In this document: positions 47,768-58,118 of the stretch, piece after piece | Layout: every line of letters begins with the position of its first letter | Position numbering within the stretch: position 1 is the stretch's first letter | Assembly (NCBI GenBank): GCA_033762295.1 | Contig: JANRLW010000064.1 | Coordinates: 64,001-128,000, forward strand | Length of the DNA: 64,000 nucleotides | Direction: 5' to 3' | Source of the DNA: Capsulimonadales bacterium | GTDB taxonomy: Bacteria; Armatimonadota; Armatimonadia; Armatimonadales; Armatimonadaceae | Notes under the pieces: model-generated | The model's database searches: none | What the model was told of the DNA's origin: nothing | Seen by the model: only the letters and a program-made list of their open reading frames with translations | Program-made: the position numbers and the translations under genes

Positions 47768-47889
47768 GTCGATGTCGCGCCGCCATTGCCCGTATCACCG
47801 GTTTTCCCTCGCTTTTCCTTCTCTTCCTTCCTCAATTAACGGAACTTCCCGGACCGTTTCGGTATTCTTAACTCGGGAAACGAGAGAAA

Positions 47890-48729
47890 ATGGCGAGGAT
47901 CTATTTGCGGCGACGGGTGACGTTCGCCGCCGGACATGCCTACTGGCTGCCGAACAAAACCGAGGCGGAGAACCGGGCGTTGTTCGGTCGGTGGGCCGGT
48001 CGCTACGGACACGGGCACAATTATGCGGTGGAAGTGACGGTCGTCGGGACGGTCGACGAGCGCACCGGCATGGTCGTGAATATCACCGATGTCGACCGCG
48101 TCCTGAAACAGCAGGTGACCGGGCCTCTCGCCGACCGTCACCTCACCTATGAAGTGCCGCATTTCGCCGATACGCCGCCGACACTCGAAAACATCGCGCG
48201 GTATGTGTCCGAACGTTTCACCACCCAATTTCAGGACGAACGCGCTCGCCTGGCGCGGGTCGTTGTCGAGGAGTCGCCAACGTTATGGGCGACTCTCGAT
48301 CAGGAGAAACATCTGGAGATGATTGCCCTTACCCGCGCCTTCGATTTCGCCGCCGCCCATCGCCTGCACGCGCCGGCTCTCTCGGAGGAAGAGAATGTCC
48401 GCGTTTTCGGCAAATGTAACAATCCGCGCGGACACGGACATAACTACGGGGTCGAGGTGACCGTGCTCGGTACTCCGGACCCGGTCACCGGGATGATCGT
48501 CGATCTCGCGGCACTGGACGAAACCCTGGAGCGCGAGGTGATGCAGCGGTTCGATCACAAGCATTTGAACGACGATACGCCGGATTTCGCCACGGTCAAC
48601 CCGACCTCCGAAAACCTGACGATCGCCATCTGGAAGCATCTGGAGGGAAGGATTCCCGCGCCCGCCCGCCTCTACCGGGTCGTCGTGCGCGAGACGGAAC
48701 GCAATTTTTTCGAGTACTACGGGGAGTAG
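47890..48729 (+). CDS. tandem-domain 6-pyruvoyl-tetrahydropterin synthase / QueD-like protein
   Basis: Two T-fold repeats: FAAGH...GHGHNY...PTLENIA and FAAAH...GKCNNPRGHGHNY...PTSENL. Confidence 0.9.
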   Translation: MARIYLRRRVTFAAGHAYWLPNKTEAENRALFGRWAGRYGHGHNYAVEVTVVGTVDERTGMVVNITDVDRVLKQQVTGPLADRHLTYEVPHFADTPPTLENIARYVSERFTTQFQDERARLARVVVEESPTLWATLDQEKHLEMIALTRAFDFAAAHRLHAPALSEEENVRVFGKCNNPRGHGHNYGVEVTVLGTPDPVTGMIVDLAALDETLEREVMQRFDHKHLNDDTPDFATVNPTSENLTIAIWKHLEGRIPAPARLYRVVVRETERNFFEYYGE

Positions 48730-48737
48730 ATCGAGCC

Positions 48738-48896
48738 TATAATGGAGTTGGCGCCGGTGCGCTCCGTGCCGACGGAGAGGCCCACACTTCTGACGACGGA
48801 CGGAGAGCGCACGGGTCCGGTATCGGATCATCCGGGTCAGCTAAGCAGGGAAACGGCGTCCTGCCTACGGTTATCGTCCCAACCGCCTGACCGGGA
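48738..48896 (+). ncRNA. candidate structured cis-regulatory leader upstream of folE2 (class unknown)
   Basis: TATAAT at 48738; stem 48757-64/48805-12; three-way junction 48831-40/48887-96, 48845-49/48860-64, 48868-72/48881-85. Confidence 0.35.
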
Positions 48897-48947
48897 GCGG
48901 CCAGCGCAGAGGAACTGCCTGCCGCTGAAAGAGGAAAAAACGAGCAT

Positions 48948-49946
48948 ATGGTCGCGACAAAGAAGAAAATGTACCTCCACCGGACGGCGGATGCCTCCGG
49001 TGTACCGACGGCGGAAGCCTTTTCCCTGAAGCGGGAATACGATGCGGATTTCAAACCGGACCTCCTTTATAAGGAGAGCCTGCCGGACATGCAGGAGTCG
49101 GTCAAGGCGATCGAGGGAGCCAACGTGCCGATTCAGCAGGTCGGCGTCTCCAACTTCCGTCTGCCGTTGAAGTTCGCCGCGGAAGACGGGGAACCCATGA
49201 CCCTGGAGGCCAGTGTCACCGGCACCGTCTCGCTGGAGGCCGATCAGAAGGGCATCAATATGTCCCGGATCGTCCGCTCCTTTTACGAGTTCAAGGACGA
49301 GATTTTTACGCTCGACACCCTGACGCGCATCCTGACCGCCTACCGGGAGCAGGTAACGGGGTTCAACGCCCGGGTGCGGGTGGCCTTTTCCTACCCGATG
49401 TTGCAGGAGAGCCTGCGCAGCGGGCTGGCCGGGTACCAGTTCTATCAGGTCGTCTTCGATGCGGCGATTGATCGCTACGGTCGTCCGCGGCGTTTTGTCG
49501 AGTTTGATTTCGTCTACTCATCGGCCTGTCCCTGCTCGGCGGAACTGGCCGAGCATGCGCGGGACATCCGCAATGTCTACGCGATTCCGCATTCGCAGCG
49601 CAGCCGCGCACGAATCAAGGTCGAGGTCGCGGAAGGGCGAACGCTGACCGTGGAGGATCTACAACGGCACTGCAGCAACGCCCTGAAGACCGAAACGCAG
49701 GTCATGGTCAAGCGCGAAGACGAGCAGGCGTTCGCCGAAATGAACGGCGCGTATATCAAGTTCGTCGAGGATGCCGCCCGACTGGTCTTCGAACAACTGA
49801 ATGCCGATCCGCGTATCCGCGATTTTGAGGTCGCCTGCGCCCACCTGGAATCGTTGCACTCGCACGACGCCGTTTCGGTGATCTGCAAAGGGGTCCCCGG
49901 CGGATTCGTCGCCGATTTCATGGACTTCCGAAGCCTCGTCTGTTAG
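48948..49946 (+). CDS. folE2: GTP cyclohydrolase IB
   Basis: [57 protein letters not shown]. Confidence 0.94.
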   Translation: MVATKKKMYLHRTADASGVPTAEAFSLKREYDADFKPDLLYKESLPDMQESVKAIEGANVPIQQVGVSNFRLPLKFAAEDGEPMTLEASVTGTVSLEADQKGINMSRIVRSFYEFKDEIFTLDTLTRILTAYREQVTGFNARVRVAFSYPMLQESLRSGLAGYQFYQVVFDAAIDRYGRPRRFVEFDFVYSSACPCSAELAEHARDIRNVYAIPHSQRSRARIKVEVAEGRTLTVEDLQRHCSNALKTETQVMVKREDEQAFAEMNGAYIKFVEDAARLVFEQLNADPRIRDFEVACAHLESLHSHDAVSVICKGVPGGFVADFMDFRSLVC

Positions 49947-49984
49947 GCCAAAACATCAGGTCAAAACGGCTCGTCAGGCCAGGT

Positions 49985-50020
49985 ACCGCCCCGGAAATTC
50001 CGCTTTCCGGGGCGGTTTTC
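49985..50020 (+). terminator. intrinsic terminator after folE2
   Basis: ACCGCCCCGGAAA-TTCCGC-TTTCCGGGGCGGT-TTTC. Confidence 0.78.
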
Positions 50021-50108
50021 GTTCGGAACGGTTCCGAAAAGGGGCCGATTGGAGTAAGATACGACCATACCTCACCCGGAGTAATGAAAGTCGAGTATCC
50101 GAACGGAG

Positions 50109-52904
50109 ATGGCTTTGAAAATCGATCGCAAGGCCGCGCTTACGCTGGCCGCCTGTCTGGTTCTCGCCCCCGCGACCCTCGCCGAGAACGCCGAAACCCC
50201 TGTTACCCTGTCCGTGCCCGTCGATGAGTTTCGCCTGCCTAACGGACTGCGCGTGATTCTGCATGAGGATCGTAGCACCCCGATCGTCGCCGTGAATATC
50301 TGGTACCACGTCGGCTCCAAAAACGAAGTCGTCGGACGGACCGGGTTCGCGCACCTGTTCGAGCACATGATGTTCCAGGGATCGAAAAACTACGACGCCG
50401 ACTACTTTACGCCGCTGCAGGAGGCCGGGGCGACCATCAACGGTTCCACCAACGCCGACCGAACCAACTACTACGAGGTCGTTCCGTCCAACTTTCTGGA
50501 ACTCGCCCTCTTTATGGAGGCCGATCGGATGGGCGGTCTTCTCGAAGCGATGACCCTGCCGAAGCTGAACAATCAGCGCGATGTCGTGAAGAACGAACGG
50601 CGGCAGAACTATGACAACCGGCCGTACGGAACCTCGTTTGAGAGGATGTCAGCGCTTCTGTACCCGGAGAACCACCCGTACCGCTGGCCCACGATCGGCT
50701 CTCTGGAGGATCTCACCGCCGCGTCCGAGGAGGACGTCAAGGCGTTCTTCCGACAATACTACGTCCCTGACAACGCCGTACTGACGATTGCCGGAGACTT
50801 CAAAAAGGACGACGCCCGTCGCTGGGTGGAAAAGTATTTCGGCCCGATTCCGCGCGGCGTTCAGCCCATCGTCCGCCCGGACCCGCCAGCGCCGAAACTC
50901 GATCAGGAGGTACGGGTAAGCTACCGGGACAATGTCCGGCTGCCACGAATCTTCATGGCCTGGCATACGGTGGCCCAGTTCGCTCCGGACGATGCCGCCC
51001 TTGATATGCTGGCCACGGTGCTCTCGTCGGGGAGAGGGTCGCGTCTCCAGTCAAGCCTGATCTACGAAAAACAGATCGCGCAGGATGTCGGCGCGGGACA
51101 GCAAAGTCGGGAGATTTCCGGAGTGTTTCAGGTCCAGGCGACCGCACGTCCCGGTCAGTCCATCGAGGCGATCGAAAAGGAGATTCTGGACCAGATCGAG
51201 CGGATCAAAAACGCGCCTCCGACCGCCGACGAGATGGAACGCGCCCTGACCCAGACGGAAGCCGGGTTCGTTTTCGGACTGCAAACCGTCCTGGGCAAGG
51301 CCAACCAGCTGAACAGCTACGCGATATTCCGGGGTCGCCCCGACTTCTTCTCCGAAGACCTCGCACGGTATCGCCGGGTGACGGCGGCGGAGGTGCAGCG
51401 AGTCGCCCGCCAGTACCTGAATCAGAATCGGGTGGTCATGACCTACCTCCCGCAAACGGACGAAAAAGTCCGCTCCGTCACCGATGCGGCGGCCAACCAA
51501 CCGACCTCCGTCGAATCGGAACGCGGACGCCCGGCGGACGCCTCCCGCCTGCCGAAACCGGGACCGAATCCGAAACTCAACCTGCCCCGGATCGAGCGAA
51601 GCAAACTTCCCGGCGGTCTCGAGGTGCTGCTTGTCCGGCAGACCGAACTGCCGGTCGTCTCGATGAATCTGGTGCTGAAGACCGGAGGGACGGCTGACCC
51701 GACCGGTCGGGCCGGACTCGCGCTACTGACCGCCGACCTGCTGACGGCCGGTACGGAGAAACGCTCGGCGCTGGAGATCTCCAATCAGTTGCAGGCGATC
51801 GGGGCGGGGCTGAACGTCGGGGCGAACTGGGACTCGTCCTCGGCTTCTCTGACAACCCTTACCAAAAACCTGGATACCGCGCTCGATATCTTCTCCGATG
51901 TCGTGGTCCGTCCGGTCTTTCCCGAAATCGAACTGGAAACGCGCCGCCGTCGCCTGCTGGGGGCGATCCTGCAACGACGCGATAACGCCGATGCCATCGC
52001 GTCCATCGCCTATGACTCGGTGCTATACGGCGAAAAACACCCCTACGGACAGGTCCTGTCCGGCGATGAAGCCTCGATCAAAGCGATCAACCGGGCCGAT
52101 ACGGAGACGTTCTACCGGACTTACTACCGGCCCAATAACGCCGTCCTGATCGTCGTAGGAGACGTCACCATGAAAGAGATTGCCCCGAAACTGGGACGCG
52201 CCTTCGCTGACTGGAAAGCGGCGGACGTGCCCCGGACGGCGGTTCCCGCCACCTCGCCTCGCGACCGGGCGGTTCTCTATCTGGTGGACAAGCCCGGCGC
52301 GGCACAGAGCGTGATCCGGATCGGACAGGTGGGGGTCGCCAGGGATACCCCGGACTACTTCCCGCTGGTGGTGATGAACGCCATTCTCGGAGGGCAGTTC
52401 TCTTCGCGGGTCAATATGAACCTCCGGGAGAACAAGGGGTATACGTACGGAGCCAGAACCGGCTGGGAGTTCCGACGGGGCGCAGGACCGTTCACGGCCA
52501 GCGCGGGAGTCCAGACCGCCGTCACGAAAGAGTCCGTCGTCGAGTTCCTGAAGGAGCTGCGCGGCATTCGCGGCGACATCGCCGTGACCGCTCCGGAACT
52601 CGAATACAACAAGCAGAGCCTGATCCGCCGCTTTCCGTCGAACTTCGAGACGGTCGGGCAGGTCTCCGGACAGCTTGCCAACCTGGTGATCTACAATCTG
52701 CCGGACACCTATTTCAACGACTACATCGCTCGAATCAACGCCGTCACGTTGCAGGATATCGAAAGGGTGGCGAACCGTTACCTCGATCCGTCGACAATGG
52801 CGATCCTGGTCGTGGGCGACCGCACGGTCATCGAACCGAAGTTGAAGGAGATTTCCGGCCTCGATATCCGTTATCTGGATACCGAGGGCAAACCGATCCG
52901 ATGA
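50109..52904 (+). CDS. M16 family zinc peptidase (pitrilysin/PqqL-like), exported
   Basis: WYHVGS, GFAHLFEHMMF, VKNERR, LGGQFSSR.NMNLRENKGYTYG. Confidence 0.93.
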   Translation: MALKIDRKAALTLAACLVLAPATLAENAETPVTLSVPVDEFRLPNGLRVILHEDRSTPIVAVNIWYHVGSKNEVVGRTGFAHLFEHMMFQGSKNYDADYFTPLQEAGATINGSTNADRTNYYEVVPSNFLELALFMEADRMGGLLEAMTLPKLNNQRDVVKNERRQNYDNRPYGTSFERMSALLYPENHPYRWPTIGSLEDLTAASEEDVKAFFRQYYVPDNAVLTIAGDFKKDDARRWVEKYFGPIPRGVQPIVRPDPPAPKLDQEVRVSYRDNVRLPRIFMAWHTVAQFAPDDAALDMLATVLSSGRGSRLQSSLIYEKQIAQDVGAGQQSREISGVFQVQATARPGQSIEAIEKEILDQIERIKNAPPTADEMERALTQTEAGFVFGLQTVLGKANQLNSYAIFRGRPDFFSEDLARYRRVTAAEVQRVARQYLNQNRVVMTYLPQTDEKVRSVTDAAANQPTSVESERGRPADASRLPKPGPNPKLNLPRIERSKLPGGLEVLLVRQTELPVVSMNLVLKTGGTADPTGRAGLALLTADLLTAGTEKRSALEISNQLQAIGAGLNVGANWDSSSASLTTLTKNLDTALDIFSDVVVRPVFPEIELETRRRRLLGAILQRRDNADAIASIAYDSVLYGEKHPYGQVLSGDEASIKAINRADTETFYRTYYRPNNAVLIVVGDVTMKEIAPKLGRAFADWKAADVPRTAVPATSPRDRAVLYLVDKPGAAQSVIRIGQVGVARDTPDYFPLVVMNAILGGQFSSRVNMNLRENKGYTYGARTGWEFRRGAGPFTASAGVQTAVTKESVVEFLKELRGIRGDIAVTAPELEYNKQSLIRRFPSNFETVGQVSGQLANLVIYNLPDTYFNDYIARINAVTLQDIERVANRYLDPSTMAILVVGDRTVIEPKLKEISGLDIRYLDTEGKPIR

Positions 52905-52929
52905 ACGGGGGGCGGCCCTTACGGCCGCC

Positions 52930-55281
52930 TCAGAGCAGGTCCCCGCTGATTTCGGCGATCCGGTCGTCCTCGATCCGATACCAGAGGACCCGCCCGATCC
53001 GGTCGTCCTCGACGAAAACGTCGATCTTCCGGTCTCGCGGGTCCCGGTTGGCGGAGATGCAACCCGTCGTGTCGAGCCAGGTGGTCAGGTTGGCCCCGAC
53101 CGCGCCCGGCTTGACGGTCCCCAGCAACAGTCCGTCCGACGTATAATGGTAGATGATATCGGACGCGCCGCCTCCGATCAGTAGTCCGCCACCGGGCACG
53201 TATTCCAGTCCGACGCTGACCTCCGGAAGACGCCGGATCCAGCGAAGGCGACCGGAGGCGTCGAAGCATGCCAGCGAAGTGGCTCCCATCCAGAACGGAT
53301 TGTTTTTCGGAGGCGGCCAGCGACGGTTGGGACCGATCACATAGAACAGACCGTTCTCACCGACCGCGACCGAGATCGGATTGATCCGGGCGGGCGGCCC
53401 CTCCAGCGAGGCGGACCCGGTGACATTTCGGACTTTGGCCCAATCGTAAACGGGATTCCCCCGTTCGTTGACTCCCTGACGCGGAAGATGCCAGATCGAT
53501 CCGTGGAACGCAAACCAGAAATCCCCCCGGCGATCGACATGCATCCCCGGTGTCGCGTATTCCGACCATTTTCTCGGCTCCGGCTGCTCCGACGGATAAA
53601 TCCGGATTTCCGACGGCTCCGGATTCCCATCCCCCTCGGTATCGTGCCATACCCATTTATCCGAGAGGCGTTTGGGATCGGTCTTGCCGTCGGGGCCGGG
53701 CGAACCGCCGCCGACGAGCGCCGCCAGCATCAGGACGTTCCCCTGAACACGGTACACCTGAACGCCGTCCCCGGTGGGATGGAAAACAAAGTCCGCGCCG
53801 CTCAAACGAAGCACCCGCAGGTTCCCGTGTGGGTGGGGATCGTGGTAGTCGGGCGGCGAGAACATGTTGCCCCGATAGGTCCATTCCCCTTTCTTTCGGT
53901 CACCGAGGGCGTAGCGATGGAAACCGAAGGAGTACAGCGTATCCGGGTCGTTTTCGCCATAGTTGGCTCCCGACATGGTTTCTCCACCGAAACGCTCCCA
54001 GAGAACGCGGCCGTTCGGCTTGAAGCGGGCGATTCGCGCGCCGACGGGCTTCTCCGTCTGGATCGTCACGAAACTGCCGTCCGCATCCACCGCGACGCCG
54101 CGAAGGAAGAAATACCGATCCGGCGCGACATCACCGGGAACCGCCTTTCGCCCGTAGGTCCGAAGCGCGGTCTTGCCATCGGGGGAGAAGACGCGGACCT
54201 GGCCCTTCTCGCTATCGGCGATAAACAGCTTGCCGTTTCGGGCGATTGAGATCGACTCGATCATGCCGATATCGCTCCGAACCGTTCGCACGGTCGGGTT
54301 CTCGGCGAGCGGGTTTTCGATCCGTCCCAGTTTATGCAGATCGTAACCGACCCAGAGCGATCCGTCCTTTGCCGGGGCGAACGTTTTCGGGTAAGGCAAA
54401 GGAAACCATCCCTTCGCCGCGCCGGTTTCGCGATCGAAGCGATAGACCCGATCGTTCAGGGCATCGCCGACGAGCAGGAGGTCACCCACCGTCGCTATGG
54501 CATGCAGAGGCTGCATTCGGAGGCCACGGGGGCGTCCGCTCACCTGTTCCGAAACCTGGCGACTCGGCCACTCCATGAACGCAAGGTGGCCGTTGACGGC
54601 GTTCGGCGCGGTAAAGGGGGCCGGTTTGCCGTCCGAAAGACGGAACCGGCGAACGTATTGCCGTTCTTTCGAGCGTTCGTTGGACCAGGAAGTGGTTCCG
54701 AAGTACAGGTAGCGGTCGTCGGAAGCCACCGCGTAGGCATGCCCGTTGGGATTGCCGTTCCGGATCGCGAAACGACCGTCGAATACCGAATTGCCCTTCC
54801 GGTCCCACTTTTTGAAATCGGCTCCGGCCTCATCCCAGGCGTTGGCGGTAAAGGCATTGCCATCGCGGTCCATCGTCAGACCGCCCATGAATGCGGGCGT
54901 GTGTCCGTCGATATCCGGCGCGTCGCCGAGGTTGCCGATGGCGGCGACATGTTCATAGGAACCGGGATTCCGGACGATCTTGAAACGGTACGGGCCGCTC
55001 GGAGCCGCCTCCCCCACCTCATTGAGACCGTCCCAGGTTTCCGTATGTTTGCCCGCCGTCTGCGAGCGCAACGACCAGAGGACGCGAACCAATCGCCCCT
55101 CCCGATCGAAAATGCCCGCGCTCGTTCGGCCATCGTCCGGCAGCACATAGGAGAAGGTGCGGGGCGACGCGGCCGGTGGCGCCTCCGGCGGTTCGGCCCC
55201 GAGCGCACGAACGCCCGTCAGCAGGCAAACAGCGAGAACCAGGACCGGGAGCGAAACCGGAACGCCGGGGGAGTTATACAT
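52930..55281 (-). CDS. exported protein with FlgD Ig-like domain and NHL/beta-propeller repeats
   Basis: TSAGIFDREGRLVRVL...WDGLNEVG...GPYRF; FIADSEKGQVRVFSPDG. Confidence 0.75.
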   Translation of the reverse strand: MYNSPGVPVSLPVLVLAVCLLTGVRALGAEPPEAPPAASPRTFSYVLPDDGRTSAGIFDREGRLVRVLWSLRSQTAGKHTETWDGLNEVGEAAPSGPYRFKIVRNPGSYEHVAAIGNLGDAPDIDGHTPAFMGGLTMDRDGNAFTANAWDEAGADFKKWDRKGNSVFDGRFAIRNGNPNGHAYAVASDDRYLYFGTTSWSNERSKERQYVRRFRLSDGKPAPFTAPNAVNGHLAFMEWPSRQVSEQVSGRPRGLRMQPLHAIATVGDLLLVGDALNDRVYRFDRETGAAKGWFPLPYPKTFAPAKDGSLWVGYDLHKLGRIENPLAENPTVRTVRSDIGMIESISIARNGKLFIADSEKGQVRVFSPDGKTALRTYGRKAVPGDVAPDRYFFLRGVAVDADGSFVTIQTEKPVGARIARFKPNGRVLWERFGGETMSGANYGENDPDTLYSFGFHRYALGDRKKGEWTYRGNMFSPPDYHDPHPHGNLRVLRLSGADFVFHPTGDGVQVYRVQGNVLMLAALVGGGSPGPDGKTDPKRLSDKWVWHDTEGDGNPEPSEIRIYPSEQPEPRKWSEYATPGMHVDRRGDFWFAFHGSIWHLPRQGVNERGNPVYDWAKVRNVTGSASLEGPPARINPISVAVGENGLFYVIGPNRRWPPPKNNPFWMGATSLACFDASGRLRWIRRLPEVSVGLEYVPGGGLLIGGGASDIIYHYTSDGLLLGTVKPGAVGANLTTWLDTTGCISANRDPRDRKIDVFVEDDRIGRVLWYRIEDDRIAEISGDLL

Positions 55282-55339
55282 GTGAATACCTCTGTCTTCC
55301 CTCTGCAATATGGGGAAACCCCGGCGTTCGAGTTCCGGT

Positions 55340-56593
55340 TCAGTTCGATTCCAGGTAAATTCGTCCGTCCGCCGTCCGTCGAACCGTGCCGGTGATGACG
55401 ATCGCGCTGCCGACCTCCGCCAGCGGTGTCTTTCCGGTGACGTACAGGGTGACGCCCTCGGAAGCCAGAACCCAATCGTTCCGGGTCACGGGCGGGGCGC
55501 CGTTTCCGCCCTGCCGACCGTTGAACCGTCCGACCAGAGTGACCTGGCGTCCGACGAAGGTCGCGCCCGCCGGTGAAACAAGAACCCGCGCGCTGACCTG
55601 GGTCGCCCCGCCGGTCGGCGGTTTCAGGGAATCTCCGGTGCCCGGCGCCGGTCTGCCGACGGTGAGGACCGCGGACGCCGGAAGGTACGGGCGGCCGCGC
55701 GACTCCATTGGGGTCAGGAAGGCGTTGAGCGAATAACGGCCCACGGCGGCGTCGGGGGGGACGGTCCAGGTAGCGGTGAAGGTGCGTGTCTCGCCGCCGG
55801 GAATGACCACCTGTCCGAGCGCCTGCGTGAACATCATGCCGCGCGATAACTGCCAGATCGGGAGGCGTTCCGGATTGGTCGCGATCGCATCGAACCGCTG
55901 CCCGCTGGAAAATCGAAGGGTGACCGGAGCGGACGATCCGTTTCGGACGCTGTAGTTCAGCGTTACCTCCGATCCTGCGGCGACCACCGAAGGGGTGACC
56001 GCCAGTGCGGACGTAAGAGCGGTCTGCGGTTGTCCCGGGCGTGGCGGTTGTCCGGGCAACGTCGGCGGTTCCTCACCCGGCTCCTCCGGGGGATTGCCTG
56101 AATCCGCGCCGCCCAGGTAGATTTGAACGGCGACGCTGTCCTGGGGGAAAAGCCGGGCTTCGAGTACGTACACGCCGGAGGGGAGCGGCTTTCCGCTATC
56201 ATCGGTCCGGTCCCACAACTCACGGTAGGTCCGGGATGCGCCGCCTTCCAGCGTGAACGACCCGTTCGGCAGACGAGGCCAGTTACGTGAGAGCGTGAAG
56301 ACCGCTTTCCCGGTGCGGGCGTTGCGTACCAGGAAATCGTATTGCCATTTTCCGCCGGTGTTGACGGAGTGACGACGGTCGCTGAGGTTGGTCAGGGTCA
56401 TGGTCACGCGCACCGCGCCGCGCGACCCGTACTGTGTTCGGTCGGTGGACAGCGCGGCTTCGAGCGTTCGAATCGGCTGGCGGATCTCATTTCGATTGCC
56501 GCCGCGATCGTTCTGTGCGTGAGCCGGGTGGGTTCCCCACGGCAGGCACGATAACACCGCGGACAACAGCGCGGTCAGGAAGGGGTTTCGCAT
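55340..56593 (-). CDS. exported protein with two BsuPI (intracellular proteinase inhibitor-like) domains
   Basis: VTLRFSSGQRFD...IWQLSRGMMFTQAL; first repeat ...YDFLV...WDRTDDSGKPLPSGVY. Confidence 0.75.
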   Translation of the reverse strand: MRNPFLTALLSAVLSCLPWGTHPAHAQNDRGGNRNEIRQPIRTLEAALSTDRTQYGSRGAVRVTMTLTNLSDRRHSVNTGGKWQYDFLVRNARTGKAVFTLSRNWPRLPNGSFTLEGGASRTYRELWDRTDDSGKPLPSGVYVLEARLFPQDSVAVQIYLGGADSGNPPEEPGEEPPTLPGQPPRPGQPQTALTSALAVTPSVVAAGSEVTLNYSVRNGSSAPVTLRFSSGQRFDAIATNPERLPIWQLSRGMMFTQALGQVVIPGGETRTFTATWTVPPDAAVGRYSLNAFLTPMESRGRPYLPASAVLTVGRPAPGTGDSLKPPTGGATQVSARVLVSPAGATFVGRQVTLVGRFNGRQGGNGAPPVTRNDWVLASEGVTLYVTGKTPLAEVGSAIVITGTVRRTADGRIYLESN

Positions 56594-56602
56594 CGATCTT
56601 TC

Positions 56603-58108
56603 TCATTCCGCGACGGCTCGTTCCTGCCGTTTGGCCTCCTGCCACCAGACCTCCATCCGGTCGGTCGGAACCGATTCCAGCGGAGTTCCCTCGGACCGGG
56701 CCTGAACCTCGATAAAACGAAAACGTCGCTTAAATTTGTCCAGCTGACGTCGGAGTGCGTCCTCGGGTTCGATTCCCAGGCGGCGTCCGACGTTGACGAC
56801 GGTAAACAGCAAGTCCCCCAGTTCGTCCGACAGGCGATCCTTCGAGGCGTCGGCGATCATCTCCGCCCGCAGTTCGGCCAACTCCTCCTCCACCTTCGCA
56901 AAAACGCTGTCGGTGTCCGGCCACTCGAAACCGACCCGAACCGCACGTCGGCTTACTTCCAGAGCGGCGGCCAGGGCCGGGAGACTGGTCGGAATGCCAT
57001 CGAGGATGGAGACACGATCGGCGTTTCCTTTCTCCGCCGCCTTTATCGCCTGCCAGTTTTTTAAGACCTCCTCCGGGTTCGCCGCCTTCACCTCCCCGAA
57101 GACGTGCGGATGACGGCGGATCAGCTTTCCGACGATGGCGGCGCAGACGTCGTCGCTGTCGAAGTCGCCCGTCTCCGCTCCCAGTTGGGCGTGAAAGACG
57201 ACCTGCAGGAGCAGGTCGCCCAGTTCCTCGCACAGCTTTTCCGGGTCCTCCCGATCGATCGCCTCGGCAACTTCGTAAGCCTCCTCCAGCACGTAACGCC
57301 GCAGGCTGCGGTGTGTCTGTTCCAGGTCCCAGGGACAGCCGCCATTCGGATCGCGCAGTCGGGCCATCACCCGGACCAGATCGTAGAAGGTCGGTTTTCG
57401 AAGGTCGGCGGGGAGGGGAGGAACCCAGACGGAGGTCAGATGATCGTGTTCGTCGGATCGATCCAGTTCGAACAGCGGTAAGGAAAGGACGCGCTCCGCA
57501 TTGGGGATGCCGGCCCAGCGAACGACCGTCACGGAGAAATCATCGGGATATCCGGCTCGCATCAGGGCCAGTTTGGCATCGGACGCCGCCTGTCGGGAGT
57601 GGACCTGGTACAGCAGGATCGGCCCTCCGGTACGCAGGGATTCGGCGGGCGCGGCCTCCGACGGGTTGAGCGAGAGCGCGTCGACCAGATGCAGATCGTC
57701 CGTAATCGCCTCGCCGAGGGCCTCGAGGCAGGCATCGACAAACGACGGTGCGGCGACGATCCGGAACGGGATATTTCGCTCTTTCAGCCGGGGCAGAAGC
57801 CGGGCGACGGTGGTTTCGCCGATCAGGGGATGTCCGGGGACCGCATAGATCAGGTCGGTCTCCGAGGCCGCGCGGAGGACCCGTTCGACGATGGCATCGT
57901 AGGTGGCGTCAAACGAGACACCGCTTTCGTACTCGTCGTCGAGCGCGGTCAGCGGGACGGACCCCGGAGCGAACTCCGGAGACTCCTGATGAAAAATCGG
58001 ATGCCGCGCCGTTCGTGCGTACACCGGCAGGCCGGAGGTCAGCAAGGAAAAAGCCTGAGGCGGGAGACGTCGAATGTCCCCCGGCCCCAGGCCCACGATG
58101 TGGAGCAT
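56603..58108 (-). CDS. mazG: nucleoside triphosphate pyrophosphohydrolase MazG with N-terminal tetrapyrrole-methylase-like domain (YabN type)
   Basis: IVGLGPG, YAVPGHP; GCPWDLEQT, EEAYEV, EELGDLLLQV, KLIRRHPHVF. Confidence 0.95.
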   Translation of the reverse strand: MLHIVGLGPGDIRRLPPQAFSLLTSGLPVYARTARHPIFHQESPEFAPGSVPLTALDDEYESGVSFDATYDAIVERVLRAASETDLIYAVPGHPLIGETTVARLLPRLKERNIPFRIVAAPSFVDACLEALGEAITDDLHLVDALSLNPSEAAPAESLRTGGPILLYQVHSRQAASDAKLALMRAGYPDDFSVTVVRWAGIPNAERVLSLPLFELDRSDEHDHLTSVWVPPLPADLRKPTFYDLVRVMARLRDPNGGCPWDLEQTHRSLRRYVLEEAYEVAEAIDREDPEKLCEELGDLLLQVVFHAQLGAETGDFDSDDVCAAIVGKLIRRHPHVFGEVKAANPEEVLKNWQAIKAAEKGNADRVSILDGIPTSLPALAAALEVSRRAVRVGFEWPDTDSVFAKVEEELAELRAEMIADASKDRLSDELGDLLFTVVNVGRRLGIEPEDALRRQLDKFKRRFRFIEVQARSEGTPLESVPTDRMEVWWQEAKRQERAVAE

Positions 58109-58118
58109 AGGTTCCCCT

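Noticed and set aside
48790..48823. Hammerhead-like CTGACGA followed by a CGGAC/GTCCG stem
   Set aside because: The stem is followed by GTAT rather than the required GAAA, and stems I/III were not found.
48750..48900. THF-I/THF-II, ZTP, preQ1, purine, Moco or c-di-GMP riboswitch assignment
   Set aside because: Only fragmentary resemblance; the conserved ligand-binding strands did not match by eye.
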